DNA from: Pocillopora damicornis
Lineage: Eukaryota
Assembly: GCF_003704095.1 (NCBI RefSeq)
Contig: NW_020845410.1
Span: 1,426,001-1,490,000, forward strand
DNA: 64,000 nucleotides
Reading direction: 5' to 3'
Shown here: positions 25,086-38,000 of the stretch, one piece after another
Layout: every line of letters starts with the position of its first letter
Numbering within the stretch: the first letter of the stretch is position 1
The notes under the pieces: generated by a model
Database searches by the model: none
Told to the model about the DNA's origin: nothing
What the model saw: only the letters and a program-made list of their open reading frames with translations
Program-made: the position numbers and the translations under genes

Positions 25086-27921
25086 ATGAAAGAAAAAATG
25101 AAGGATCGAACTTGCTTGAGCAGTCAATTGACTCTATATAAACAAATGGTTTTACATTTGTATGCTTAAGGATTCAAATGACCGATAAACCTACTTACTA
25201 AGACATCTAAGAAGATAAACCCTAAGGTAATATTTCCTGCTTACTGTAAGACATTAATTTCCTATATAAAAGAATGCAGATTCCCAAATTGTGTTGGAGG
25301 ATATAATGAAATTTTAGCAAAGTTCATAATCTTGTAAAATGCTTTTGTCATATGATTGTGCGACTGTAGTCGGTGACCTTGGGTTTTTAGCAATGAACAA
25401 ATGCGGGCATAACATTCATTAACTCTGTATTTTTTTTGTTTTCCCCAATGTTGTATAAAAAGTAGCATGCGCTTCAGATGTAACTCCGTGATGAATTAAC
25501 ACCCGCGAGCTCCAGAACTTTCAAGCAAATTTTGGAATCTCAATTTAGCTGTACTCATGTGGGAGGCAATAGGCAAAAGTTACAACTTCAGCATTACAAG
25601 AAAAATTCCAGCAATGTTTTTTGATTTAATTTAATCACTTGCTTTGTTGACAGATATGAGATATGATCTTATTTATTCAACACCCTTGGGGACATTGACA
25701 AGGAATTTTCGGGGTGGTTTTCTACAAATGCCACCAAGAACTACTGATTAACTTGAATTGACAGACCTTGAATCTTTGGGCCAAAATTTAGAGGCTAAGG
25801 GTTAAAAACAAGGATTGCAAGATTTTCGTGCTTGCTGGTTCCACTGAGTAAAATACTCTTGACCTTTTCACGACATCGCGATAAGTCCTAGCTGCAAGTG
25901 ATAGCTCTGGTGAAATTAATACTACGAAACTGACACTTTTTCTGAGATGTGATTGAATTGCAAATTTTTTCCTTTTTTTTTTTAGCTTGACTGTATTGTA
26001 ATAAACTGTACCATTTTAACCCTCTGTTGATAATAGAGAGCCTTCTCAAACTGATTGAAGAGATATAAGCCCTAATTCTTAAAGAATTTTCAAAAATCTA
26101 TATAAATCTGTTGCTAAACATAGACTATTGCAAAATCTAACATTCAATCCAGCACATCTCCAGACGGTCAAGAAATCCCTGCTCGACTTCAATCCCAGAA
26201 ATACTGCGGCCAAGATACTGATATCCAAGGTGGGTCATTTCCACATATTTCAGACAGTAACCCAGAAAAAATCCTTTTAAGACAAAAAGCTCTTTAATTC
26301 CAATGACAATAAAGTTAATGTAGTTGAATATCTCAGTAAATGAGGATTGAATCATTCTTGGCAGAAAAATACATGCTGTAATTTGGAAGGCTTCATAAAG
26401 TTCTTCATGTCGTTGTTTAATGGGTTTTACAGTAAGGCGGAAGCTGACTTTTACATACAGCTTGGTCCACTAAGGGGCATAAGAATCGTCATTAATGCAT
26501 CACCAGTCTCCTTGTGATGTGACTTGCAATATAAATAGTGGTTTTCTTTGATGAGTTGATCGTTTTGCTGTTCCAGGTTCAAAGTTTTTGAACTTTCAAG
26601 GTTAAGAATTATAGGAGCTGGAAAAAAACTTCTAGACATCTATTGGCATGAGACCGTTCGATCCTCCAAGTTTAATTCAAAAATTATTTTGTCAGGGTAC
26701 ATAAAACTGAGATTTGGATAGCACCAGTCCGGAGCTGTCTAAATTTCTTAGAGCGATTTTGTAGCGTTTTAGCAAAAAATAGACACAGTTGATCAGTACA
26801 GATTCATTGTACTGTATTTTCTCTTATTTTCAAGAGTTTAAACTTGAAATTTAGAGACTTACGGTGCTCGATGACTTATTAGGTCCATTTTTAATCACAC
26901 TAATGCCCGGGATTTCTCGCTGAATTGGAGGAGGGCGTTGAGAATGAACAATTTGTCATCGCGTGTTTCTTTTTGTTTTGTCGTTATTTCAAAGACATGT
27001 TTTCAGAGGAAATTAATTACAACGCGCCCAAGAGAGTTTGAACAAAGGAGGTAACCGCAACTACAAATTCACTGCATTATTTTGTTACTAGGACCTTTCA
27101 GCTGCAGTTTGATCAGAACGATTCGGGTTGTCCGCTCGTCTGCGTCGTAAATATCACAGTTTACACCACCATTCTAAATGGTGTTGTCATTGGAAATAAA
27201 CGGCAGTGGTCGAAATCTATTTGTCCTGAAAGCCTTGAATCCGCTAAAAACTCCAGCATTCAGTACAAAAGAGTATGACACGTGCAAAAATGTCTCAGAT
27301 AGGTCTCATGCGAATATTGCCTCAGGAATCATTGTCTGTTTTGAAACACCCGATGTTCTAGTCTGTCGTTCCACTGATTTTACCTTCAGCTTTACTGTAT
27401 CAGCCTCGCGATAGATCAGGAACAAAAAAATTACCTTCAAAACCGATTTACAAGACGTCCAAATTAACTAATATGAGCCAGACTTTTTCAACTTCAGTCA
27501 TGTTGACCCATGCTAGCCCAGTAAAATACGAAGACGTGATATCCTGCTTACAAACTTTTCTGGCTTTACATAGTCTCTCTAAGTCACAGTGGAGAACTGA
27601 GACAACTTCAGACTGAGAAAAATTGACGTTTGTATGTTTCGTTTTTGCAGGTGACGCACTGGGGCCACTGAACTGTCAAATAACAATCAGAAGTCTGGAA
27701 AGAAGAAATTCGGGAGCAAGGTGTTATTAGCTCGAAAAATTTTGTAGAATTGTCAGCTATCTTACACATCCTTGCGAAGTTATAATCAGTTAGAATGCTA
27801 CTTAATGATTAAAACTGTATTTACCACTGTAGAACACCCTCTAATGCTCTCAGTCATTTTCATTTATTTCGAAACAGCTGTTTTGATTAAAATCAGTTCT
27901 GATCCTATCCAATGGAAAATG

Positions 27922-27996
27922 CTAAATTTTCTACAAAATCTCTCTAAATTTTCTACAAAATCTCTCTAAATTTTCTACAAAATCTCTCTAAATTTT
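27922..27996. repeat. 22-bp minisatellite, ~3.4 perfect copies
   Basis: ctaaattttctacaaaatctct x3, followed by ctaaatttt. Confidence 0.95.
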
Positions 27997-30900
27997 AGTT
28001 GAGTCCATTCTCGCCCCTTCGCCCTTGAGAAAACTGGTCAACATTTTATTTCAATTGCAATGAAATTCTTACGAGTCAATGTGAAAAGTGATTGCAAGTC
28101 CTTGAGTATGTTCACTGGGGTGAATTTCTGTGGCTGCTTTGGCAAACCTTGATTTAAAAGTAAAAAAACAGAGTGGACTGTGTGGTATTTTAGTCAGTTT
28201 AAGCTTTGAAAATGTATACTTAAACTGTAGTTCACCTGCACTTCATTACGCAATCTAAAGTGCAGGAGCTTAAAAACGTGAAACTCAAAATCACTGCGTG
28301 AAGCGAATTTTCCTCCCTACTGTTGTTTATGTTGAAAGCTGAATAAATATTCGACTTTTTGTCACGTTTAAAATGCGCAACTATTTTAGAACGGACAAGT
28401 GGAGGACTTGAATAAATTATATCCTGATTCAATGACAGAAAGCTATTAAATATATAGAACACGAAGGCAACAAAGCTACAAAAAAAGTGAGTCAAGAGAA
28501 CCGTTTGTTGTCATTAGGACTTGATCATCTACCCCCATGTTTCTTTTAATTTTCTAACGGACCGGGAAATTGGTAAAACAACGCCTCTCTGGCGGCGGTT
28601 TGAAATTGCAGTTCCTAGTCTATTTATTCGAATATGATGGATGTCAATATTACCTGTCTGTGGTTTTAATTGCTATAACTCAAGCACGCAGAACAGTAAC
28701 GTAAGCGACCTTCCAGAAAAGAACCAAAATAGTTTTGTTGTTAAATTTTTATTTGCTTCGGAAAACGGCCCTCAAAGCCGGGCACAAGTTCAATTTCACG
28801 AGCGAGTGCATTTTCCGAGAAAGACCCACTCAACCAAAAGATACAGCTAAAGTAATTTATAAATAGATCAGTGGGCGACGGAAGCTCTGAGAAGATTATA
28901 AGAGAAACAGTACCGCGTTTGGCTGAAGATCTGCCGCTTATTACGCAATACTTGTCGTAACTCTATCAGTGGCAAAGGAAGCATTGATGAAAGTTTACGA
29001 AAGCAAGCGATAAACTAGGTCAATGAGAAGAAAACAAATATCTCAGACAGGCTTGAGTATTTGTCTAAAAGGTTAACCTGAGTGACCGCCATTGTAATGC
29101 TGTAAGACTTGTTGTGGTTTCAACTTAATCTAGGAGCAGATAAAATGAATTTTGAATGCAGCCATTAAAGAAAACATGTATAGTTTTGCGTGCGGATAAT
29201 GTGTAACAATTTTCACTAGGCTGTTTGGCATAGACATAATGAATCCATCTCAATAGAGTTTGCCTGAGGTTAAGAATGTTAATTAGTAGCCCGTGTGGAT
29301 AACATCGAGTCACACGAACGTTTTAATTCCTTTTAATCCCACTTGCTCTCAAAGAGAAATAAATAACAGGCCTTGTAAAGTCTATCAGAGCTCGTTAAGG
29401 GGGCGAAAATCGGCGACAGTATCAGGCGTAGAGCTTTCAAGGTCGAGTTTTTTAAAGGTGAATAGTCATAACATAAAGCAAGCACGTCAAAATACAAAGC
29501 ACCTTGGCCGTGTAATCAACGCTACCATCTACAAATTGTGTATAATGACTGGAATTCAACAATAATCAGCACTAAAAGAACACGCAAACTTGCTGCCTGT
29601 CTTCTCTTTTGCATCTTGTTGTATGTCCAACAGCTTCGAAGCGAAGCTTTCCTGAGCACCTGACACAAAAAGGTTAATGCCGACAATAGATTGCTATAAT
29701 AAAAACATCGAGGGCAATTGTTTCGAGGTTCTCCGAAAGGAGCAGGGTTAAGACATGTTGTGGATTATTGTTATCTCTGTCCACTTCCCTCCATTCGTTT
29801 ACCAATATTAAAACGCGGATGGAATATTTCTCGGGGCGATTTTTAGTAGGATCGAGAATAACGTAGATTCAGTGGTGCGTTTATGCAGAAGACTGTTGAC
29901 ATACAGCTGGAATGGAAATTGATCCATTTCCTTTTGCCATCAGCTGAAATTGCCACGAGGAAGTTAGTTTTCAGTTCACAAAATAAATCCATTCGAAATT
30001 CAAGCAGTAAAATTGCAATCCTTCCTTTAATAAAGAACTTCCACTTCAAAAATGAGACAAAATTTTAGTGAGACTGAAAAAAATTACATAAAGCTACGAC
30101 AATGAGAAATTCAAAGAACAGACACTCAAACAATCGAGCAAAATTGCTTTTAGCTAATATACATACGAGGCAGACATTGTTGAATTTTATGAGTACACGA
30201 CAAAATCCGTCTAGCACGCAAACTTTTAAATGGCTTTCCAAAGCCTTTTTTCACGCGATGAATCACGCACAGCTTTTTTTTAGAATCTCTGTTTCCACAT
30301 AAAAGCTAGGTACTTCAAACGGGGAGAAACCAATAAGGAAAAGATATACCAGGGGTCGATAGGTCGATAATTGCGAAGCAGTAATGTGATTACAGCGTGT
30401 GCTCTACTGGAAATAGCGTGTATTGTTACAAAGTCAAAATCCCGCAAAAAAAAATTAAACTAACAGAAGAAAGATCACGCCATCACGCGACATGCAAAGC
30501 TGGGGCGATTCCAAACGGCTGTAACAATATTAAAAGAGAGATTTAAGAGCAGGAAGTGTGCAAAAAATTTAATAAAACTTAAAACAAATAGTGTTTTACT
30601 AGGTCGTTTTCCCAGCTTATTCAAGTCGCGGCTTGGATTCTGTGAGTGGCAAGTTATTACGCAAAAGTGGCAGAGAGTAAACATTGCTCTTTATTTTGAA
30701 TAAAAACTGAGATCACTGAGATCTGTACAAAAGGAAGAGTGTTTATCTGGTGTCTGAGAAGATTAATACAATCCACAACAGCGGAGCTTTTAAAAAAATT
30801 CCGCCTTTAGCCACGTATACATCAAACCAACCAGTGGCTCTTTCAGTACGAAAAAGCGAGCCCTATACAGCCAGGGTAGTTGTCTATTATAGTTCATCAA

Positions 30901-32995
30901 TGGCGAACTTGCGAGGTTCAGGAGGTTAATTTTGTAGTTTCTTGGTGTGATGTTTAACAAGTCTTTAACTCAAAGGTCACTTTTGATGTGTAACAGTGAA
31001 TTGCATTCTGTCTTCAAAGTTAACGATCGACGGACAGTTGATGATTCTGTGCAAATACGCGACTCACGTCCGAGTTTTAGGACTTGACGCGAATATAGCC
31101 AAGAACGCAAAATCTGCGGATACAAAGTCGGTTGACAAGCGGTGAAGATTAAGATTTCTTGTGAGAAAGGAAAAATCCGACCTCTGCTTTAGCTTATGTG
31201 AAAACAAATATGTCCAAGAATCCGTCTTCTCGAAGTAGAGGTCATTTTTAATCGACAAAAACACTGTAGGATATCGATAATACAACTACATGCTTTGACC
31301 TCATAATCTAGTTGTAACTTCCCAAGCTTCTGTACACCAATAAAATAAATATCAAGAGATGTGAGTAGGGCATTTCCGTGTCAAAGCAATTATTTACGTA
31401 GGTCGCTCTCTTGCGGTGAGTTTTCCGTTTTCCTTTTGTGCACAAGGGCTATCGTAATATAAATACTGCTACTCATAAGATTACGCCACCAAACTCTCCC
31501 GACCTTCGCCAATAGTACAAGTCACCTCTGGTGATGTAAAGCTTATTCTTTTCTTACTCAGGGTGACAGTTTGCCAACTGATATTAACTTTAGAGAAAGC
31601 CATAGGCAATAGCTTTGTGTCTATTTGTCACTTGGAGCTGAAACACGGACAAAATACCAAGATGAAAACTTAACACTCAAAATAAGCCCCTGCACAGAAA
31701 ATTGGCCTCGCTAGTTACAGAAACTGAGTTACAAATCGACCAACAGACACGCACAAAAAGATCAGCACAATTTACCGATAAATTTGAACCAGACTTATTA
31801 CCGGAGCTAGCATTGTTTAACCGCCTAAATATTTTTGAAAACAAGAGCTTGTTTACACTGAGCACTTTTCGTTTTGGAAAACGATAGGACAGGTTCCACG
31901 CCTATCGGTTGTTTTCTCCGCGCATAGAGCGGCTATTTAATCCAGTTAAATTCGAAATAATGAGAGTAGGTCCTTGGACAAGCCAAGAGCCTGCGCTCAT
32001 GTTAATGCAACGTGAAATAGTTTCTGGGATGTCTAATTATGCTTCCAAATAGCTCGTTCAGTCGACGTGGAATATTTTTATCGGCGTGAAAAGAAGTCCA
32101 ATAAATTCGGCTTAACCGTTTCGATAAAGGCGGGTAATACGACCAGAAATGACTGACTTGTTTCTGTTATTTATAAGGCAAGAGATATCTTGACCTATGT
32201 CGACCAAACCAAATAACCCAGATTTCATATTTAGTTACTATGAACGAAAAATACGTCTGCATGTGATATTACCATTACCGCTTGCGGCGATGTATTTTTC
32301 CATTGCATGGACCTTGGAAGATAATTCTGGAAAGCCACACCACTTTTTCTCCTAAAAATTCTCTTTAATTTTGTATAATTTCAGTGATGATGTCTTGGAC
32401 ATTCAGGTTTTGGACACACAGTAAAGAAAATACTAGTACAATGATGTTGCTCTCAGCAACATGGCCAATTTCTTGGCTCATATAACAAAATCAAACACAC
32501 GACGAACTCACAGTTCGAGGGAATGAAATACATTAACAGATAGCTAAGCTACGTCGCTGTCGAACGGCGATGAAAGAAAAACAAAACTATAGAACCTCTA
32601 TAGAAAGTCTATTTTACCTGTCTTACCACGAGCCTTAGTGAGAAGACTCGCGTGGCGTCTACAATTGACAAAGTTATTTACATAACATAGTTTACTTCGA
32701 ACCTCTCCGTAGCTATATCAAAGATCATACCTTTTAGTTTCACTCTGGAACGAGCGTTCCATTCTCTGTCCTCTGCAAATACTTGTAAAATACTATACGT
32801 TTCTCAAAGTACAACAAATATCCTCTATAATTCGCTAACTATGAAGATCACTAAAGGTTTTAAAGGCTCAAAGCCCGTGATTTCCTAACATTGAAATTTG
32901 GAACAAGACGAAAACGTTTAGTGTTCTTTGGAAGAACAGCAAGTGCGGCGCGGCGACCGGCCAAGCAACGCCAATTTGTCTCCGTGTCATGCTTC

Positions 32996-34461
32996 TTATG
33001 TACAAGGAAGATAAGGCCAGCTTGTAGGCGTTCCGGACAATAACATATCTCTAAGCAGAGTCTCAATTGGCGTTTTACCCACGAGACGCACAAAGAAAAG
33101 CTGTTCGACAATGGAAGGGTTGATACTTCGTAAAGATGGTAACCTCAACAACAATTTTCCAAAGCGAGTGGGTTGATTTGGATACTGATTTCTTGTATAC
33201 TCCTCCAATGCACATTGTGTCTTTTCCTGCAGACTCTCGATGTACTGCGGATCTGTCAGACCGGAGGCATCTGCGAAAATACAATTATATTTCGTGACAT
33301 TGCAAACTTGAGCTGATGTTGTTTAGCGGAGAGATAGGCGGGCAACACACTCCAAACAGCATTACTATTAATTTGCCGCGGTCGATGGATCAAGATCTGC
33401 TGATTTTCGCTGGCAGTTATGAAATATTAAAATATATTAGAAAACCACTTGTAGCTACAATTGTTGCGCCTGAAATTAAAACTTGTATCCTTTCAAATCA
33501 TTCACCTGATGTAAAGAGGACGATAGCTTTGAGACACGCGAATTCTGCTGCATCCACATGGAGATTACGGTACTTCTCGACCTGCTCTTGGAAGATTCTT
33601 ACATTATCCATAAAAGTCACCATTCTATCTGGGGACATGTGGTTCGAATGGATACCAGCAGTGGCCAACAGAGGGGCAACTTGAAGAGGCATCGGACATT
33701 GGGCGGCGTTTAGTACAAACAATTCACTCCAAACCAAACGCAGAAGTGCTACTTGATCGGTGACTGCCAAGTCCGGGAAGAAGGGAATATTTCTTGCCCA
33801 TTCCACAGCGCTGAAAAGCAAACGAGCCGCCAATTCGCAGATGTTCTCGATGCCCATGATCCCACAAGGCATGTTTAGACCCTGTTGGAATCGCGCCGTG
33901 GGATATGGTTCGGCTCTAAGCAGCAAGCTGATGAATCCAGAAAGGAACGAGTGCCCGTTTGTAACATCAGCGCCATTCAACGCTGAGTGTTGCGGACTTG
34001 GCTGAGGTACTTGTGTAGGAGGGATGCGACCTCGCTGGACGGCTGTCGTGAAAAGGTGAAAAGGTTCATTCAACATGTTACTCATGCACTTACAACAGGT
34101 ACTCACAACTATAGTCAAAGTGACGCTTACGGATTTGCTACTCATATGAAAATTTCTCACCCGTACCCTCGCGTCTCATGCCGACCTTGATGCATTTTCG
34201 CAGCCGGCAATACTGACACTGATTTCGATGATGCTGATCAATGGGGCAATTCCGCGATGCTCGACAAGTGTAGCTGAGGTTACGGCGAACGCTGCGCTTG
34301 AAAAACGACTTACATCCCTCACAGGTAAACACTCCATAATGTTTTCCAGAGGACTTGTCGCCACAAACTGCGCACTCTACTTGCTGCACATTTTTTTCAG
34401 ACGGCTCCTCAACCGGTTCGGTCTTCTCCGTGCACCAGGTTGAAACAGGGACCACGGCCAT
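32996..34461 (-). CDS. NR2F: COUP transcription factor (NR2F1/2/seven-up-type nuclear receptor), 3 exons
   Basis: Exons 34461-34167, 34042-33506 and 33270-32996; both introns phase 1. C4 zinc fingers [33 protein letters not shown]. Ligand-binding domain [30 protein letters not shown]...[13 protein letters not shown]...[23 protein letters not shown]. Confidence 0.97.
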
Positions 34462-34499
34462 ACCACCCGGTAAATTAGGACTACGGATATAATTATAAA

Positions 34500-35050
34500 T
34501 CCAACAGTTAGTGCTGTTTCGCGAGCGGCCCGTGTTCCTGTGATTAATCGCTCAGTAGCGAGAGATCATTGCACGCGGAAATAATTAGTGAGTTCCCAGC
34601 AGCGCGAGATCTCGCGTTGACTTACTCGACTAGAAATCCTTTGCGCGAATGCTTTTTTTCACGCTGCTAAGTGGCATATGTAGACGTGTAGCGGCAGAGG
34701 GGAGAGCACACAAGCGGCAAACAGTAGCTCGCTATGTAAAAACATCAACTGTGTCATGTCTGTAAAAGCTGAACTTTGACATAATCTGTTGGAACTGTCG
34801 GGTATCCGTGGAAACCACTGCTATATATGGTCCGGCTGTCAAATCGAGGTTCAAGGGCTCTTTAACAGTTGTGACTGAAAAATTGCTCCAGGGCTTAGGA
34901 ACGTTCAGCCTGATTGCATTTATTTGTCACGAGGAGCGAGTGATTGGCCAGAATCGCCCTTTACTGACACGGCGAAGACTCTTTGTCTGAAACGTCAGTG
35001 TGGTTTTTTTATTTCTAACTTCGCGAGCTCAGTACTCGCGCCTTTATAGA
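34500..35050 (-). promoter_or_regulatory. Putative CpG-rich promoter/5'UTR of NR2F
   Basis: CCAAT box (ATTGG at 34943-34947), TATA-like tatatat (34822-34828), DR1-like TGAACTtTGACAT (34770-34782) and palindrome CGCGAGATCTCGCG (34603-34616). The transcription start is not determined. Confidence 0.55.
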
Positions 35051-38000
35051 ACAACAGCTTCAGGCTATTTCGGCTAGACAACGAGAGAAATTTTAATGTC
35101 AGATTTACTGACCATCGTTGAAAATAGCCATGGCAGCTAGAACGGTTCGCATGACTATCATGCGTGAGTTTCGTTGGGTAAACAGCAATTTAACACTTTG
35201 ACGTACGCACGTGAAACTAGATATCACGAACAAGATACAACGGCTACAGACTCGCCAAGGCGTTGTACGAGTAATTGTACCTTTTTCTCCGCTTACTCGG
35301 TTTGTTCATAGTCACGCCGGTAGATATAAAACAGAGCATTCCCTCCCCTTACGCGGAGGTCTTTTGTTCAGGAAACAAGTTAGAAATTCCATTTGACCCG
35401 CGTGTTATGATAAGACTTGGACTGTCATCGGCCGGCAAATTTAATGACAAGCCCTGATAACGGATCTTACAGATTCTAGATGGATAATTTTCACTTCTCC
35501 CAAAAACATACGCTAAGACACGCAACCTTTGAATATTTACACAGGCATTATACAATTCTCTACAATGTATTGTTTGAGAGGGCGATCCATGTCTTAAGCT
35601 GTGGGGTTCGTAGAAGCGGAAAAACATCGGAACCAGCGGGAAATTTGACCGATCGACGACAACATCGCACTGCCAAGTGCCACAAATCCTGGCTTTCCCA
35701 GAGATACAAGCTAAATGATTTTCATATAATTTGCATAATTAAACTGCGAGAAATACCAAGTAGATACTACTAAACAAAGATGTTTATTGAAGTTGATCGA
35801 CCGCCTGCTATCAGTAACCCCGTACGCGAAATATCATTAAACCAAGTCACGCAAACTATAGTTTCTGAAGAAGCAATTTACAATGGTTAATTTTAACGAC
35901 CTTGGCTATTAATCGACGTAAATTCAGTGCTAAGAGCCATTAGAAAACCCCAAGAACAATTATTGAGTTTTAAAACGGCTGCATATTTAAATAGCTTCAA
36001 TCATTTTTTCTGTCGAATTCTCCAGTGCTAGCTAGACAAAGAGTCGCTTGGGTGCATTCTTTTAATAGCTCGCATTTTGCGCGGATAAAATTGCACCATT
36101 ATAAAAACACTAAGAACTGATGATAATAGCCAAAAGACAGCTTGATGAATTGTGTTTATACAAAATTATATTTAACCTTGACACGCCAGAAAGGGCGGTG
36201 CTTAAGTCTTTGTTTCGCGTGCGAAACTAGATCCAACTTCCGCAGACACAGTAACTAAATATTAAACCCCAACAATGAGTTCATCTTGTTTTCTTTTATT
36301 TTTCCGTACAACGTAACTAGGACTATCTAGAGTGATCTCGCAAAGGCGTTGCAATTACCAGTTGCAAATATATAGATGTTGACATCAAACCGCGATAAAA
36401 ATGCACTTGCTAGTTCCGCTTTTTCACGATGTTGGTTAGTTTGTTGACGAACACAATGAGGTCATAGAAGTTGATTATTGTGATCGATAGTGTGTTTCGA
36501 CTGGAGTTGTACATTAGTTGATTTTTACGCCTAAGCTTACAATAGCTTCGCATTTCCGGGTCGTTTCGATTTCCCCCAGCTAATTTGCAGTGTTCACGGG
36601 CCCCCACTGAATAAAGAAGGCCAACATTTGCTAACAAAAGCGGAAAAATGACTTTGTCGCTCAAGATAGCGTTGTGAAATGTGTACAGAGCCAGTCAGTG
36701 GAGCACGTGGCTCAATGAATCCAAGGTTAAACGAAATTTCAAGCAGTGAAGCCAAAGGTTGAAACAATGATCTAATTAAAACATTACCAAGTTTAAGAAG
36801 AAGGAAATGCCACTTGTTACTAGGTCAAAAAGCTTTTCGACATTAATCTTGACAGGATGTTTCTCGCAAACAGTTTACGTAATGCAGCAGTTACCGCGAG
36901 TCTTAATGTCCCACTTGATGGTAAAAAATTTATCAAAAATGTTCTCTTTACCCAATTATTCAGGAATTTGTGGAGCGAAAATAAGTTTGGGTTATTTTGT
37001 ACTAACTTTTAAGCCCACATAACACCACTTTGTGAAGGTATTTACGATGAACGTAACCACAAAGATCAAAGTTCGCAAAGTTTATCCTTTTGAAACAAAA
37101 ATCTTTTCCCTCTAATAATTTTATGTGTGACCTGGCCTATTCAATACTGCAAACATTACCAAAAACTCTCAAATCCTTGAAGGTTTTGCTGTTAATGTAA
37201 AAATTATTCTCTTCCTCTGAATACAGATTATGATGGACAACTTTCCAAAGCATATTAAAATTGATATCTGCCTTTTTTGTCTGATACAAATTGTTCAAAT
37301 TCTGAGATTGTCTACTGCAACACAGTGGGTGAACAAAATCCAATTTTCACGGTAACACCACAGGTATTTAAAGTCGAGAATCACATTCCTTTCTCTCCAC
37401 AATAGCAAATAACAAAACCTGATTATAAAGAGAGAGCTATGTAATCCAATTGCAAGAGGTGTTTCTTAGCTAGTTACAAGGGGGGCTTACGGTGATGTCT
37501 TTGCGCGGGTTAAAATCGGCGGCGTGAAAATCCAAGAATTATCACATGGATATCATAGCCAGCTACAATAACCAGTAGCATCCATCCCACTCAATAATTG
37601 ACAATCACCTTTGGTAAGAATGTTTCACAATAACACAGTCATTAACGGAGAAATGTGGTTTTCCCATAGCTTCTTCATCAACACTGTCCGCTTATTCCCT
37701 ATGGATAAATATCTTGTTTTTCTTTTATACAACCAAAGCAAGCACTATCGATTTATTTTTCCCCAACGATGCAAGAAAAACTTGTTACCTTTCACGGAGT
37801 GAAAAATGTCCTTTAAAACACCTTGATATACTTATTACCTCACAATCTAAATTTGAAAGGAAGAAATCTTTATCAAACAACAATAAAAACAACAATATAA
37901 CAACAACCCAATTAAAACAAGACAGCAGAAGCTTTCGGTCCATTTCTTACAAGTCGTTGCTAATGCCTTTTCTGGTATCTGGCATTTCACAGCTAATCCC

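Noticed and set aside
25550-26650. Coding-like, CpG-poor stretch in the desert
   Set aside because: All frames are interrupted and no family is recognised; possibly an old transposon remnant.
27922-27996. CRISPR-like array
   Set aside because: Contiguous tandem units without spacers, in a eukaryotic context with no cas genes.
33316-34443. Several plus-strand ORFs over NR2F
   Set aside because: Antisense shadows of highly conserved coding exons.
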